Shown: piece after piece, positions 30,970 to 43,600 of the stretch | Position numbering within the stretch: position 1 is the first letter of the stretch | How the letters are laid out: every line of letters starts with the position of its first letter | Assembly (NCBI GenBank): GCA_002811645.1 | Contig: PDIP01000004.1 | Location: 1 to 64,000, forward strand | Direction: 5' to 3' | Length of the DNA stretch: 64,000 nucleotides | Source: Corallochytrium limacisporum Hawaii | Taxonomy: Eukaryota > Protista > Pluriformea | Translations under genes and position numbers: made by a program | Notes under the pieces: generated by a model | What the model saw: the letters and a program-made list of their open reading frames with translations, nothing else | Databases searched by the model: none | Told to the model about the DNA's origin: nothing

Positions 30970-32733
30970 ATGCCGTCCCTTACGTCCGACGAGCAGCTTG
31001 CTCGCATGTTGCAAATGGAAGAGGAAGGAGGAGGAGATTACTATGGAGGCTGGGTGGACCAGGAGGAGTCCGACGGTTCAGACGGGGAATGGGGCCGTCC
31101 GAAGAAGAAGGCTAAATCAGTGTCTCGTAAACGGGCACCGAAACCCCCTCCTTCCCCACGCGAAATCTCCGACAAGGGACGCAGGATCCGCAGGGATCAG
31201 GGAAAGGCCACAGCAAGGTCTGTTCAACACTGGAACTCTGAAGAAACCGACAAATTCTACAAGGGAATGATGGTATGGGGACGCAACTGGCAGGCAATCA
31301 GTGAATACTTGGGTACATGCCGCGATCCTCGCAACATTGCCTCCAAGGCTCAGAAATGGTTCGTAAAGCAATATGTCGAGCGTAAGCCACTGCCTGAGGT
31401 AATGGGCAAGACTACCGGTTTCGGATACACACTCAGCGGTAAGCCGTTGGACCCGCAGTCGACGGCCTTGAGCAAGTTCGGCGGCTCGAAGTACCTGAAA
31501 GAGAAGGACAAATTCTCACCGCCACCGCAAGATGGCACCAAGCTCCCGGAGTGGGAGAGCATTACAACTGTGCTGCCCGCTGAGGAAGTTGAGGAAATGA
31601 AGCGCCAGCGTACTGCGAATTGTGAGGCTGGAAAGGTCTTTGACAAGGAGGCTAGTGAAAAAGCCAAGGCTGCCGAGGCCGCGGCTCGAGAGAACCAGGA
31701 CCCGAACGGTCAGCCTGGCCCGGTGAAGACTGTCAAGGCTATCCCAACGAAGTCGCGCCGGCAGCGGTGGGAGGAGCACCAAAAGATTGTGGGCCGTTTC
31801 GTCACAAAGAATGAAGAGAAGCCGCCGACCCGCGAGAAGAAGGAGCGTAGGGCTAAGACACAGGCCACCGGCTTTATGAACCTCGACTCACAGGGTCATT
31901 CACACAATGCATTGATGATGGTCCAGTGCACACAATACGCTGAGGACACTCAGCCCTTCGCCGTCACCGTGGCGCCCTGGGTCGACTTTGTCATGGATTG
32001 CCATGCCCACTTGGCCATGTCAGAGATTATTGGCTTCTTGGCAGGGACATGGGATGCCGAGACCGCCACACTTACCGTCCAAGAAGCCTTGCCATGTCGC
32101 TCACTGGCACTCGGTACCACGGAGACGTCGGTTGAAGTCGACCCCGCAGATGAAGTACGGGTCCGCGACCTGATTGCGGAGAAGGGCTATCGCTGTGTCG
32201 GCTGGTATCACAGCCATCCCACCTTTAAGCCCATTCCCTCGCTACGTGACGTCGAGAATCAGCATAACTACCAAATGCTGTTTAATCGCGACAACACTTT
32301 TGACAGTCCTTTCGTGGGCGCAATTGTCTCCCCTTACGATCGCGATCTCCCAACTATGCACTCTAAAACTTCATGGTTTTACGTCGCCCCTGGACAACGG
32401 GACAGTGCTATGGTGTTGAACATGAAGAACAGTCTTGACGCGACCATTGATCCCGATGAAGTCTACGACAAGATCAATTCTCTCTGCGATATTTGCGTTG
32501 GCGCTCTGGAGCGCATCCATTCACTAGCAGAGGTTTGGCGGATGGAGGGTCCAAATATGGACCTCGACGGACGAGAAGATGGAGACCAAGTGCCACGTAC
32601 TATTTCTGAGAAGATGAACTTCTCACTTCGGCTGGCACTCACGCGCCACGGTGTCAAGATTGACGATGCGGAGCAGGCCGTGACCATGGCTCTCGAGATC
32701 ATTGCTGGCAACTGGGAACTGGACATGGAATGA
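30970..32733 (+). CDS. Myb/SANT + MPN/JAMM deubiquitinase (MYSM1/MPND-like)
   Basis: ubiquitin-binding-like SDEQLARMLQMEE, Myb WNSEE..KF..G...WGRNW..ISEYLGT, MDCHAHL..SEIIGFLAG.W, JAMM GWYHSHP.F.P.PS.RD; first ATG 30970. Confidence 0.85.
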   Translation: MPSLTSDEQLARMLQMEEEGGGDYYGGWVDQEESDGSDGEWGRPKKKAKSVSRKRAPKPPPSPREISDKGRRIRRDQGKATARSVQHWNSEETDKFYKGMMVWGRNWQAISEYLGTCRDPRNIASKAQKWFVKQYVERKPLPEVMGKTTGFGYTLSGKPLDPQSTALSKFGGSKYLKEKDKFSPPPQDGTKLPEWESITTVLPAEEVEEMKRQRTANCEAGKVFDKEASEKAKAAEAAARENQDPNGQPGPVKTVKAIPTKSRRQRWEEHQKIVGRFVTKNEEKPPTREKKERRAKTQATGFMNLDSQGHSHNALMMVQCTQYAEDTQPFAVTVAPWVDFVMDCHAHLAMSEIIGFLAGTWDAETATLTVQEALPCRSLALGTTETSVEVDPADEVRVRDLIAEKGYRCVGWYHSHPTFKPIPSLRDVENQHNYQMLFNRDNTFDSPFVGAIVSPYDRDLPTMHSKTSWFYVAPGQRDSAMVLNMKNSLDATIDPDEVYDKINSLCDICVGALERIHSLAEVWRMEGPNMDLDGREDGDQVPRTISEKMNFSLRLALTRHGVKIDDAEQAVTMALEIIAGNWELDME

Positions 32734-32881
32734 GTGCCTCACAGATGACATAGCGTCCTGTTACCCACAGACATCCACACATTTGCTTTTTGGATCACTT
32801 TTTTAGAATCACTTTATAAAGACAGTTCTCTTTTAGTAGTACAGACAAAGGACCAGTCCTAAGCTTCACTAGTAGTGTGGT

Positions 32882-35800
32882 CTAAGCGTAATAAGACGGT
32901 GAAATGAGAAGGTCCGTGAGCATGGTGATCTCGTCTTCGGAGAACACCTTCTTGTGGCTCTGCCAGTTGTCGCGATGGGTGCGCCAGAAGTCACTCAAGG
33001 TCTCGTTCACAGTGCCCTTCATGGGCATGGGGTCGTTACTGTGGTTGCCCAATTCAACAATCAGCGGAGCAACAAACTCCGGGACGTCGTATGGGTACGC
33101 GGATATGAACGCTGAGAGACCAAGTACACCCGCATGCCGGCGGATGACATCTTTGTTGCTGTTCTGTTCCTCCATACTGGACTTAATGGCAGAGGCCATG
33201 CTTGCAGCGCCGCCCCCGGTGGCAACAACCTTACGCCTGGCCAGAGGCGTACGGGCCATGGTGAAGTATTCTTCGTAAAGGTTAAACTCGGCACAGCGGG
33301 CATCACAACGCACAATTCCTGCCAGAGTCTTGCTGGCATGTTTACGCACTTCGACTTGTTCATCCAGCAGGCTCTCATTCAGAATGTGCAAGATGGTCTT
33401 CAGGTCAGCCATGTTGAGATGGAACAGGTTGCGGAAAATAAAACTCTGCAAGAACTTCAGACCGCTCACTCTGACGTGCCAATTCCCGTTTTGGAGAACC
33501 TCCCACACCGAGCTCAACAGTCCGGACAGGTACTTATTGGGCATGGTGCTCTGGCTGATCAGAATGATGGTTCCACGAGCCATCTTTTGCAATTCTTCAT
33601 CACTCTGTTCAATCATGCGGAAAATGTAGGGCACTAGCTGCACGATCGATTTGTACGCGCAATTAGAGACACCGGTGCTCAGGGTCATATTGAGCCAGTG
33701 TAGGATAGTCTTGCAAGTCTTCGTCAGCGTCTCGTCTTCGCTCAGAGGAGCCAGCTTGTCCAATTCACTGGTGGTCAATTCAAGCAGCTCTTTCGCAGCC
33801 TCCCGGGCAACCTCAACCTGCTGCACTTCCTTCATGGAATCCGGCACCCAGAAGACACGCATGGCGACATAGATGGCGCGACCAATCTTGGTGCGCACTT
33901 GCTGGTACGGGTGTGCGAGGTGTGGAGTAATGTAACGCAGCAGGTCGGCAGCAAAGATTGCGCCACGCCAGCTTAACTCGTCCAACATGAAGAGAATGAT
34001 CTGCAGGCGGCGGCTTTCTTCAAAACTCGAACTCCCGGCATTCGCAAACGGTAGCGGGTCAACCAGCAAGCGACTCAGCCAGAACAAGCGCCGGGGATCA
34101 CGGTCGTAGACCATGAAGCGGATGGCACTGGCCCAATCGCCCAAAGTGTCCTGGGTGATGGCATTTAGAGCGGCTTGCAGATCCGGAGAAAGGTCCATCC
34201 AGAAAGCCTCCACGTCTTCGTAGGCCCAGTGCTTTGTACCGCGCACAATGCCGGCAACAATCTCCGCAGCGACACGTTGGGAATGCTCTTCTGTTGCTGT
34301 ACTAAGACGTTGGAAGTGGGGCTTAAAAATCTGCCAGATCTGTGGGCCGTAGTTGCGTGCCAATCCCTTGAAGACCTGCGCCTGTATGTCTTCAAAACGG
34401 GCCTTTTCCTTTCCTTGGTCCACATCCAGATACGCAATGACTGCATCTGTAAAGTTAGAGTTGTTGAAGGTGTCGATGATGATCTTGCGGGGAGGAGTAA
34501 GTTCCTCCTCTTTGAACGCTGCGATGTCTGTAGTCTTGCGGGAAGCCACCGGCTCGTAGCGTCCCAGCCTACGAGGGTATATGTTCCAACCGATGGAGTT
34601 CTTGTCATAGAACTGGGCACTATTGTACTCGCTCTCTGTCAATGGCGCAATGTTGTTCATGCCCTTATGCATGATTGTCGAGCCATGAGGTCCGAAATGC
34701 TTACTTGCTTCAGATACGTCCTTGATCACAATCTCTTCCATGGCGGGTTTCTTCTTGTCATCAGCGATAATGCTGTTTAGTGCCTTGAAAGCAATGACAC
34801 GCAATGGAGCAGACTCATTGCGCAGGCAGCGCATGATCCATGCAACCACAGGCTCTGGCACATATACTTCTGGTTGAATCTGGTAAAAGATGAAACTGGT
34901 CACAATTACCTGATAGCGCCAGTGCATGTTGTCGTCACCCAGAGCTTCCATTGCCGCCTCGAAGAACTTTGCGGCGTTTGCATGGGTAGTCTCAGCCGCC
35001 AATAAAGTAATGCCGGTCTTGCCGACCTCGCTGTCAGCAGGCTTTGTGTCAAGAACCCCAGCAAGCGCGTCGACCTGCTCGGGCTCCAGCCTCAGGCTCA
35101 CAGGCAGAGCAGAGCGCTCGTAGCTGTAGGTCCAGAAGGTTGTGGATGCCACCTTCTGCACGCCGGCTTCATGGATACTATGCAGTTTGCTCAAAGCCTG
35201 CACAAAGTCGGTGAGGTAGCCCCATTCATGGCAGATGAGGCGCATGATGGGTCCAGACTGCACCGTCCAGAGAGCCCCTTTGATTTCATGCTCCTCAGCC
35301 TTGTCTGCCTTGTTGATTACAGGCATGAGCTTCTCAATGATGTCGTACTTCGCAGGCTTGTAGCTGCCGAAAGCGTTCTGAATCAACGCCTGTGCTTTCT
35401 TCCGGACTCCAGAGTACCGATTGAAGCAAAGGTCGTACACGTCCAATAGCAACTGCTGTGCCAAGGCTGTGTAGGGCAGAGAGAGGCGCCGGCGACTAAC
35501 CCGTAATCGCTGGAGCATCATAACCCGGCGGAACCAAATGTTTCGTGTGTGCATGCGCTTACGATCGGTCACATTCGCCAGCATGTAGGCAAGTGAATTA
35601 AAGAAGCCACTGTTCATGTGGTAAAAGCTGCCGCTGGATGCCCGCCGGGTCAGGAAGGGGTCGAGGGCCTTGAGCGCTCTCTTGGCAACTTTTGCATCGT
35701 CTTCGAAGTTGGCTTGGATGTCCAGAACCACGTCATGAAGAATCTTTCCGATGCGCTCCCTGTATTTTCCACCGTCACGTTCCACAGCCAGACTTTTAGC

Positions 35801-38356
35801 CTTTGGCTTCGACGTCAGTAGATCAACCACCCGAGACGGGAGCTCCATAATATTCCATTCAACTTCCTGCCCGCCATTTTCAGTTTCCAGCAGTTCCAGA
35901 CTTCCGCGGGCCGCATTGAAAATGAGGAGCAAAGAGCGTTGAATACTCGAGTTGCTCACTGTGGCCTCTCCTGTACAATGTCGCGCCAACTTCACCAGCT
36001 CTGGCTCCAAAAGTTTGTCCAGCAGTTCGTAGGCAAACTCCTGCTCTTCATCTGAGGGAACATGCCATTCAATTGAAATGTCCTCGAGGGTGGACGGCTG
36101 TCCCCACTTGCTCAGGAAGTGTGCAGGATCTTTCCATTCGTCCGCATTCACACAACGAAGATCGCTGCTGTATACTTCGGTGAGTGACTTCAGACAGTTG
36201 CGGAGCAATTTCATGGCGCTCTTGGCAGGCTTGGCTGGACCATGCAAAATCTGTGGCACAAGAATGGAAAGCAGCTCCTTCTTGTAGGAAAGCAGACGTG
36301 GGCCAGCGTGGCGCACAATCTGACTGACGATGCGGAGACTCCATAAGAGGTCTGCATCAGCGTGACTAGTACCTGTACCAACCGTTTCACCATCTTCCAC
36401 ATTGACTTCAATCTGAGCAATGAGCGAAGTCAGCTTTTCAGAGAAGTAAGGTATGAAGATCTTCAAAGTCAGCTCAGGATTCATTCGTGCAGCTGATCCA
36501 CACAGTTGTCCGACCAACTTCAAAGCAGGCATGTGAAGATTGCTCACCATGAAGCGGAACAGCCGCTCCACAGCAAGTTTGAATAGCTCAGGACTCAATT
36601 GAGCAAAAAACAGTTCTGCGGTGGTTACGACCGTGCGGATTTGATTTGCTTCGATGCTGCGATTACCGCTGTTCTCAGAGTCCAGTTGGTTCTCGCAGAG
36701 TAAGCAAATGCGGTCAATGAATGCGACCACCCAGTCCTCGAAGAATGCTGTCGAGTACATGATCTCCCTGTCCTGTTCCGTAGCCCCCGGGACCTGGCTG
36801 GCATAAGAGCTAAGATCACAGATGGGCACACATGTCAAGACAGCAGAGTAGAACCTCAGTGTGGCGTCGGTCTTGATGTAGTCATTGGGGTCAATACCAT
36901 GGAGAGCACTCTGCATCAAAGGAGCAAGGTGCAAACATCCCTCAGGGTAGTGCGAGTGTGTAACAAGAGGCTTCGCAATCAGGCTCAATATGCTGAGAAC
37001 ACTCACCGTCTGATGTACTTCGGTAACAGTCTCAAGAGCCGGATAAATAACCTCCATTAGCTGAGGAATGATCTCTTCCGGTGCAATAAACGCCAGGTGC
37101 TTCAAGCCTTCGCCGGCAGCCATAACCATGGTGGGACTCTTTGCGAACATAGCATGCATAATGACCAATCGCATACTCTTCACGAACTCCACGCATTCAT
37201 TTTTACCCAGTCTCGCGGATTCCGGAATCGGGCAGTTGCCCTTTTTCTCCTTCATCAGACGACGAGCAAATGATCCGGTGAGATTCATGAGCAAATGACT
37301 CAGGCTTCTTGTCCAACTACCTGAGTTACTGGGGTGGAAAAATGACTCAACGGAACGAAGTAGCTCATTCAAATGTTTCTGAACAACGCCATCTGGAGTC
37401 ATCATGTTGACAATGAGATCCCCGATGGAGCTAATCTTCAAGTAAGTTCGATCACTTCCAGGCAACAGGGGTGTACAGCTCGGAGGCAGCGACATTCGCG
37501 ATGGCGCTGGAACATTGGTGCCTACCGGTACGTTCAGAGTGCGCAGAATCCGCATGAACAGTGTGCTCAAGAATGGACTCCAATCAACTTGGCCTACATT
37601 GTCCTCCGCCAATCGGGCATACAGATGGAACCACTGCAGATCCCAGTCTGGACACTGCTCGATCCAATCCCAGGACTGATACAAATCCAGGTACCACAAG
37701 TGCCATGGCACGGACTTTTTCTCGCTATGGTTTGTGGGTAAGAACAAACAAAGCAGACCTTGAGCCCTGAACATGCTTTCGTCAAATGGACACATCAGAC
37801 ACTTGAACTCGTCCAGAATCTCCTGCGTCGCTTCCGTGGCAAAATACCTCCGAGCCCGCCCAATCAGCCGTGTCAGAGTGTTGCTATGATTTGATCGACT
37901 GGGATTTGCAGCTCGGAGACGTGGGAAATAGTTCTGTGCAATGATCTCGTACAGAGGGCGCCATGGTAAAACCAGGTCCTCAACGCTGACTAGGTGCTTC
38001 TTTCGCAACAACTTATGCAGAATTCGTGCCCAAGATGTCTGCAAATGATGTGGCAGGTCCTTGATGGTGACCAAGGCATACACTGCCTTAATCAAACGCA
38101 AATGGACATCTAAGTCGAATTGCTCTTCGTACAACTCAAGGTATAGCCCTAAACTCCTTGTCCAGTGCAGAGTATGTGTGTTCAACTTCCCCGAAATGCT
38201 GGACGTGTAAAGACCCTCCTTGATTTGCGCTAGCATGTGGTCTGCCTCTGCAGGCAAGTCCTCTGCATATGGAAGCAGATTCCATTCGCGAACGCGACGT
38301 CCCAGGTCATCCTCCTCCTCGAACCTTGCGGCATCTCCAAACAGGAAGTCTTCCAT
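32882..38356 (-). CDS. PSME4: proteasome activator PA200/Blm10
   Basis: 1824-aa HEAT protein with LLPYA, LPWRPLY, FFHPSNSG.W, GIDPND..KT, RHAGVLGL.A...AYPY, F.RTH.DNW and a C-terminal HbYX motif -SPSYYA. Confidence 0.95.
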   Translation of the reverse strand: MEDFLFGDAARFEEEDDLGRRVREWNLLPYAEDLPAEADHMLAQIKEGLYTSSISGKLNTHTLHWTRSLGLYLELYEEQFDLDVHLRLIKAVYALVTIKDLPHHLQTSWARILHKLLRKKHLVSVEDLVLPWRPLYEIIAQNYFPRLRAANPSRSNHSNTLTRLIGRARRYFATEATQEILDEFKCLMCPFDESMFRAQGLLCLFLPTNHSEKKSVPWHLWYLDLYQSWDWIEQCPDWDLQWFHLYARLAEDNVGQVDWSPFLSTLFMRILRTLNVPVGTNVPAPSRMSLPPSCTPLLPGSDRTYLKISSIGDLIVNMMTPDGVVQKHLNELLRSVESFFHPSNSGSWTRSLSHLLMNLTGSFARRLMKEKKGNCPIPESARLGKNECVEFVKSMRLVIMHAMFAKSPTMVMAAGEGLKHLAFIAPEEIIPQLMEVIYPALETVTEVHQTVSVLSILSLIAKPLVTHSHYPEGCLHLAPLMQSALHGIDPNDYIKTDATLRFYSAVLTCVPICDLSSYASQVPGATEQDREIMYSTAFFEDWVVAFIDRICLLCENQLDSENSGNRSIEANQIRTVVTTAELFFAQLSPELFKLAVERLFRFMVSNLHMPALKLVGQLCGSAARMNPELTLKIFIPYFSEKLTSLIAQIEVNVEDGETVGTGTSHADADLLWSLRIVSQIVRHAGPRLLSYKKELLSILVPQILHGPAKPAKSAMKLLRNCLKSLTEVYSSDLRCVNADEWKDPAHFLSKWGQPSTLEDISIEWHVPSDEEQEFAYELLDKLLEPELVKLARHCTGEATVSNSSIQRSLLLIFNAARGSLELLETENGGQEVEWNIMELPSRVVDLLTSKPKAKSLAVERDGGKYRERIGKILHDVVLDIQANFEDDAKVAKRALKALDPFLTRRASSGSFYHMNSGFFNSLAYMLANVTDRKRMHTRNIWFRRVMMLQRLRVSRRRLSLPYTALAQQLLLDVYDLCFNRYSGVRKKAQALIQNAFGSYKPAKYDIIEKLMPVINKADKAEEHEIKGALWTVQSGPIMRLICHEWGYLTDFVQALSKLHSIHEAGVQKVASTTFWTYSYERSALPVSLRLEPEQVDALAGVLDTKPADSEVGKTGITLLAAETTHANAAKFFEAAMEALGDDNMHWRYQVIVTSFIFYQIQPEVYVPEPVVAWIMRCLRNESAPLRVIAFKALNSIIADDKKKPAMEEIVIKDVSEASKHFGPHGSTIMHKGMNNIAPLTESEYNSAQFYDKNSIGWNIYPRRLGRYEPVASRKTTDIAAFKEEELTPPRKIIIDTFNNSNFTDAVIAYLDVDQGKEKARFEDIQAQVFKGLARNYGPQIWQIFKPHFQRLSTATEEHSQRVAAEIVAGIVRGTKHWAYEDVEAFWMDLSPDLQAALNAITQDTLGDWASAIRFMVYDRDPRRLFWLSRLLVDPLPFANAGSSSFEESRRLQIILFMLDELSWRGAIFAADLLRYITPHLAHPYQQVRTKIGRAIYVAMRVFWVPDSMKEVQQVEVAREAAKELLELTTSELDKLAPLSEDETLTKTCKTILHWLNMTLSTGVSNCAYKSIVQLVPYIFRMIEQSDEELQKMARGTIILISQSTMPNKYLSGLLSSVWEVLQNGNWHVRVSGLKFLQSFIFRNLFHLNMADLKTILHILNESLLDEQVEVRKHASKTLAGIVRCDARCAEFNLYEEYFTMARTPLARRKVVATGGGAASMASAIKSSMEEQNSNKDVIRRHAGVLGLSAFISAYPYDVPEFVAPLIVELGNHSNDPMPMKGTVNETLSDFWRTHRDNWQSHKKVFSEDEITMLTDLLISPSYYA

Positions 38357-40683
38357 TGTGCTTGTCCGACACCTAGGTCAGTGAAAAGGATGTACGCTAT
38401 GTGCTATGTGAAACAACTATGTCTTCAACCAATGCTCTGCATGGTTCAATGCCTACTATATGTGTGTACTTGTATCTCAGCTTGATCGCCATTGGCTCAA
38501 ATGTGTAGGCCTAACCGGTCAAATTGTCCCAGTTGGACCTACAATGAATACCTTCAAGTGTCCTATTGCCAGCACTCCACATCATCCGAATTTTCCTGGC
38601 GAAAACAATGTGTCACTGACATATGCATTCGTCGATGTCTACACCAGGCATGTTTACGTCTTGAATCCCTTTTGCCTCGACTTGATCCTCGTTTCCTAAA
38701 CTGGTCCTTTGTTGCTTTCGCTGCCCCCCGCAACCGTACTCTTTCCTCGGAGGTCCCTCTTTCCTGCGCCTCCCCTCTTTCACCGAGGGGATGGGCCCTT
38801 CTATCACTCAGCCAGTCGGCCTCGCGTTGTTCTTGGCCTCTGGTATGTGTCTCCTTGTGTATATTTCTGTGTGTTGCTGTCCATCTTGGATCTGTCATTG
38901 AAGCATCCTCTTTGTTGTGCGCACTGTGACCTCGACTGCTGTTGGCTTTTACAATTGGCCTCGACTGGTCGCCCCGCGAAAGGACTGGGCATGATCTCCG
39001 TTATCGTTCGCCATGCTGACACTTGATGACTTCTCTTTGAAACCGTTATATGACATCGTGCTCTACAAGTATTGGGTATGATGGAGTGCAAACAGACTGT
39101 CACCATCAAATGAACAATCTAGAACCGTCGTTCGAACGGAGCTGAACAGTTCATCAAAGGGACACCACATGTCCCTCATTAGTTTCTGAGACCGTCCGGC
39201 TAGTCCTCTGGTCTCGACCACCCCAGTATTGAGGAAAGGGGACCGAAGCAGTTGCAGAGAAATGCCACAACAATTGCACCGGGGAGAGTGGGGGCCACAA
39301 GGGGTCACCCCTTCGCTACTGCAATCATCAACCCAGGACCAAAACGAAGCCCACGGCGCTAACAGATGAATATGTACAGGCAGCGGTACATCAATTAGGA
39401 ATTGAAACGTCAGATAGCAGTGAGAGTTTGAAACCGAAGATACATATACACCAACGAAAGAATCGCCTGCGTCGACTCTTGCGTACTCCGGCAACACCCC
39501 CCCCCCCGCGGGGCCTCTCGGTCCCTTTCTTCCCTTCCCTTCCTTCCTCAATACTAGAAGACCAAGTGGTCACATGACCGCTGCCTTTGTGTCAATACCA
39601 ATCCGTTTCACACAAGTCTGTGACATATTTCGTCTCGGTCCAATCGCGTCGAAGGGGTAACTCAGAACATTCAGTACCTGACTGGCCAAAACAGAACTGA
39701 GTTGGTGAGGTGGCAGGCAAGTCTCTACGGGCGGCAGAGTTAGTCTCAACGTTTCCACACACAGACACTAGCGCGGACAGGGTGGAGGATGGTAATTCGT
39801 AAAATGATAACTACTTAGGTGTCCATCTATATTTCCTGCTGCGAAATAAATCGGTGGGTCCGGTCGACGAAAGTTGAAACTTTTTGCCCCAAACTCGAAG
39901 GAATTTCATTGGGAATGTTAAGTGCGGAAGGACTTGGAAACCCATAGTGAATCAATTGTATTCACGGATGGGAAATCTCTGGCGAGGCACACGATATCCG
40001 TACTGAATGCCAATCCTTGTGCTTAGCGTGTACTGCTTGGTTGTCACGTCAATCTATTGCTGCGAGACAGATTCCCTGCATCGCAATTGCACATCACTGT
40101 TTACGTCTTGCAGTCATGGGCATATATACCTGACATCCGTGCTACTACTATTCCAACATCTTGCAAATGCTCGCCATTCTCCAACCCGCGGAGATCAATC
40201 ATTGGATCAATGCGATGCCTGTCGAAAGTGATCGTTCCGGAGAAAACCAGGACGGCAATCATTCAGCTCCCCATCATCCAAATCTTTTTCGTATCTTTTT
40301 GCAAGCAGTTAATTTTCAAGGGTTAAAAAACACTGGAACAGAATACATAGAAGTTCCGGGGTCGGGGATTCCAGGTTGGCCGGCACACATTTGCAGAAAC
40401 GCATACAGAATGAGTGGGGGGATTTGTGGTGGGTTAGCTGCAGGAGCCCCATTCGACACGGGGATGATCGGTTTCATCAGAGTAGTCGAGGGCACGGTGA
40501 TCATCACTGCGTACGGACCGGGGATGACACGCTGTCAATTCTGTGTCGTCGCAAAGGTATTGCAATTGGTTTTCGCAAGTCTACAACGATAGTGAGGGTG
40601 AGATTCATAACAAATCCACAGCCATGTGAAAAGGAACCGTTTCCCATCCATCGCACCACTGGGTGTCCTGGGTCAGAGACACG

Positions 40684-43600
40684 ATGTCTTGCCAAGGAAA
40701 TACCAGCGATGTCGATGCTGTCCCGTGTACCATTGATACGGGAAGTGATTCAGCCAGGTCTAGTATTGGTTCAATGGAAAAGACTTGCCAATTCAACCAC
40801 AAAACAGGATCTGGATCTCATGCCGCGTGCAATTCACCCCCACGCACTGTCCCTCGAGACACCTTCAACCAGCGGAAGAGGCATGCAGGGGATCCACCAT
40901 CCGATGAACGGCAAAAGAAACCTTGCCCACACTCGGAAAGCGCCGGACCTCCGATTGGAAGACAGTCAGGTTCCCTGCATTCAGTTTGGACCCTCCGCAG
41001 GGGGGCGCGCCGGATGAGTGTTGGCCAGCGTCGCAGTGTATCAGAAAGTGCCAAGCCACAGGTGAGTCCCAAGGCAGCAGCAAGAATGCATGGCAAGAGT
41101 ACTCTGAGAATAAGGACTGAGGCCAGTCAAGATACGCTATCACATATCCAGGCAAGCCCGCCACCAGCATCCAGGCCCACTACACCTCCAAAATTGCAGC
41201 TAAGATTACCGGCCCGACCCAGAATACGTGCAGATCCCTCGCTACGAAAGCCCTTAAAGCAGCAGGTTCTAGAACAGGACCCGGAAGCAGCAGCAACGCC
41301 GAGACAGTCAACGGCATTGACTGAGATTGTCAATCAAGAAGAGCCTAACCACGAGTCAGACACCGATGCGGCTTTTGAGCAACGCTTCGCGACTGATGTG
41401 GTTGATCAAGACGTGCTGGATCATTTCACACAAAGTAAGGCGAAGAAAGAACAAAACTCTGTCCAAAGTCAGGAACAGGCGAAAGAATTGCTAACTGAAG
41501 AATCTGCTATCTATCTCGGACGCACCCGCAGGGCTGCAGCAGCACTCAACTCCATTGAAAGGGAAGCTGTCGAACCCAAAGGAACAGATAAGCAGCCCAA
41601 TCTGAGCACGCGAACGACTCTGTACGTTCCTCGCGATCTCGGCTGGGAATCAGCTGTACAGGCACTTGGAAAAGAGTTTGCAGCAACGTTAATGGGTCGA
41701 CGGAAGGGTTGGATTGATAGGTATGATGCCATACACAAGAATGAAAATGGGAAATACAGAGTGGACAAGACCATGAAACAATGGATCAAGGACAAGGAGG
41801 AGCGCGAAATCAAAGCCAAGGAAAAGCAATTGGAAAAGATGATTGATCATGTGGACGACGGAAAGGAAAGTGTTACGATAGAGGATTCAGGACATGAAAA
41901 CGATGAACTTTCCCATGAACAATTGGAGACTGTGTTTGATATCGTAAAACCTTTGTTGGAGCCCGAAGGATTTAACGGAGACGTGGTGCTCATGGTGTCT
42001 GAGGAAGATTACTCAATGCATCTCGCAACCGGCGAAGACCTGGAACCTGTGCTCGTAACGGAGACTCTGGTGGTCCTGGCGTGTGTGGCATGGCGAGACC
42101 TCGACTCATACACAAGATGTATGAACCCGTATTGCGCTGTTCCCCTGACCATTGAGGAATACTTCTGCGGAGATTGCAATGACAGAGACCAGATTGGAGT
42201 ACATTTATGTCTCAAGTGCTTCCAGCATCTGCTCACTGGTATTAATGAAACCCTCAATCATCGACACCCCCGCGAGCACTTCCGAAGACGAAGGATTCCA
42301 CCAACTTGGCTGGAGTTCACAGGCTCGCTCTTCAAGGAGCGATCTCTGCTTTTTGCATGGGATCGAAAAAGTGGTAAAAGGTGTCTGAGACGCTTGGGAT
42401 ACCTTAACCCAGGCCATCTTAGCTCCAATCGCATCGGTGGGGTACTTGTTCGGGACAAGTTCATGCTACAGAATCACCGTGACACTTCCATGACCCTCAG
42501 CAGTGCTCCTCAATGTGTATTCTGCGGTCGAGATGACTTCGATGAGGCTGTCCTTGGGGAGATTGGAAAGCTATCGAAAGAACTTGTTTATATTAGTGAT
42601 TGCGAGGGCAGTCGTCATGCTCCCAAGAGGGGATCAGGCTACTACCCATGCCATCTCACTTGTGTAAAGTTCGCGGATCTAGTCCACTACAATCCCCAAA
42701 GCAACACATGGTACAACATTGATACGCTCTACCACCTGAGCAAACAAAACAAGTGTTCAGTATGCCAGCACCCAGGTGCAACATTAGGCTGCATGACTTC
42801 CAGATGCCGTGATGTTGTTCATGTACCGTGTGCCGACATCAACGTTAAACTTCTGGAAGAAGGAATCTTGTATTGGTGCAAGAGATGTCGTCGGGAATCC
42901 TACAATCAGCAGACCGAGACTTTCAAGTGTGATGGATGTTCTGTGCCCATCAAACTAGCCCGATGGACCTGCAAACAATGTGAAACGAAGTCCTATCCGT
43001 GGAAGTCATTCGATCTATGCCGTGCTTGTTTCTGGGGCAATCGAGGGTCACACCATCACGACCGTTGCGAATTCAAATCTGTCCGCGTTTACAGCGAGGG
43101 ATATCAAAGGAAACTTGCAGCACCGAGGCCCCGGTTTGGGACCAACAGTACACCAAAGTGCATCTACTGCCTGGCTGAGATCAGTGATGGTGTGAGATGC
43201 GGCAGGACGGGCGTTGGGGGTGGCCCAATCTGCATTTCATGTGCCCTCGTATGCTTTGAGCATAGTGAGCTCGGCTGTCCTAACGGCGCAAAGATTAGCG
43301 CCGAAGAGTATGACTACAATTCATACCTTACCCGGTATAGCCTTTCCACAATGACGAACAACGATACACGGCGAAATCACTTGCCCAAGGTGTTACCGTC
43401 ATACGGTCCACACCCCAAGGACTACTACAGTATTCATCTCCAGCATTCCTATATGGATATCCCCGGGAGGATTCGTCGGTGGGCAACACATGATTACGGG
43501 GATTATCTGGGAACTTGGATTCCCCAGATCCCTCGCTGGGCGATCCTGCGATACACGGCAGAAGGGGATCGGGTCTTGAGCAATTTTGCTGGCCGGGGGA

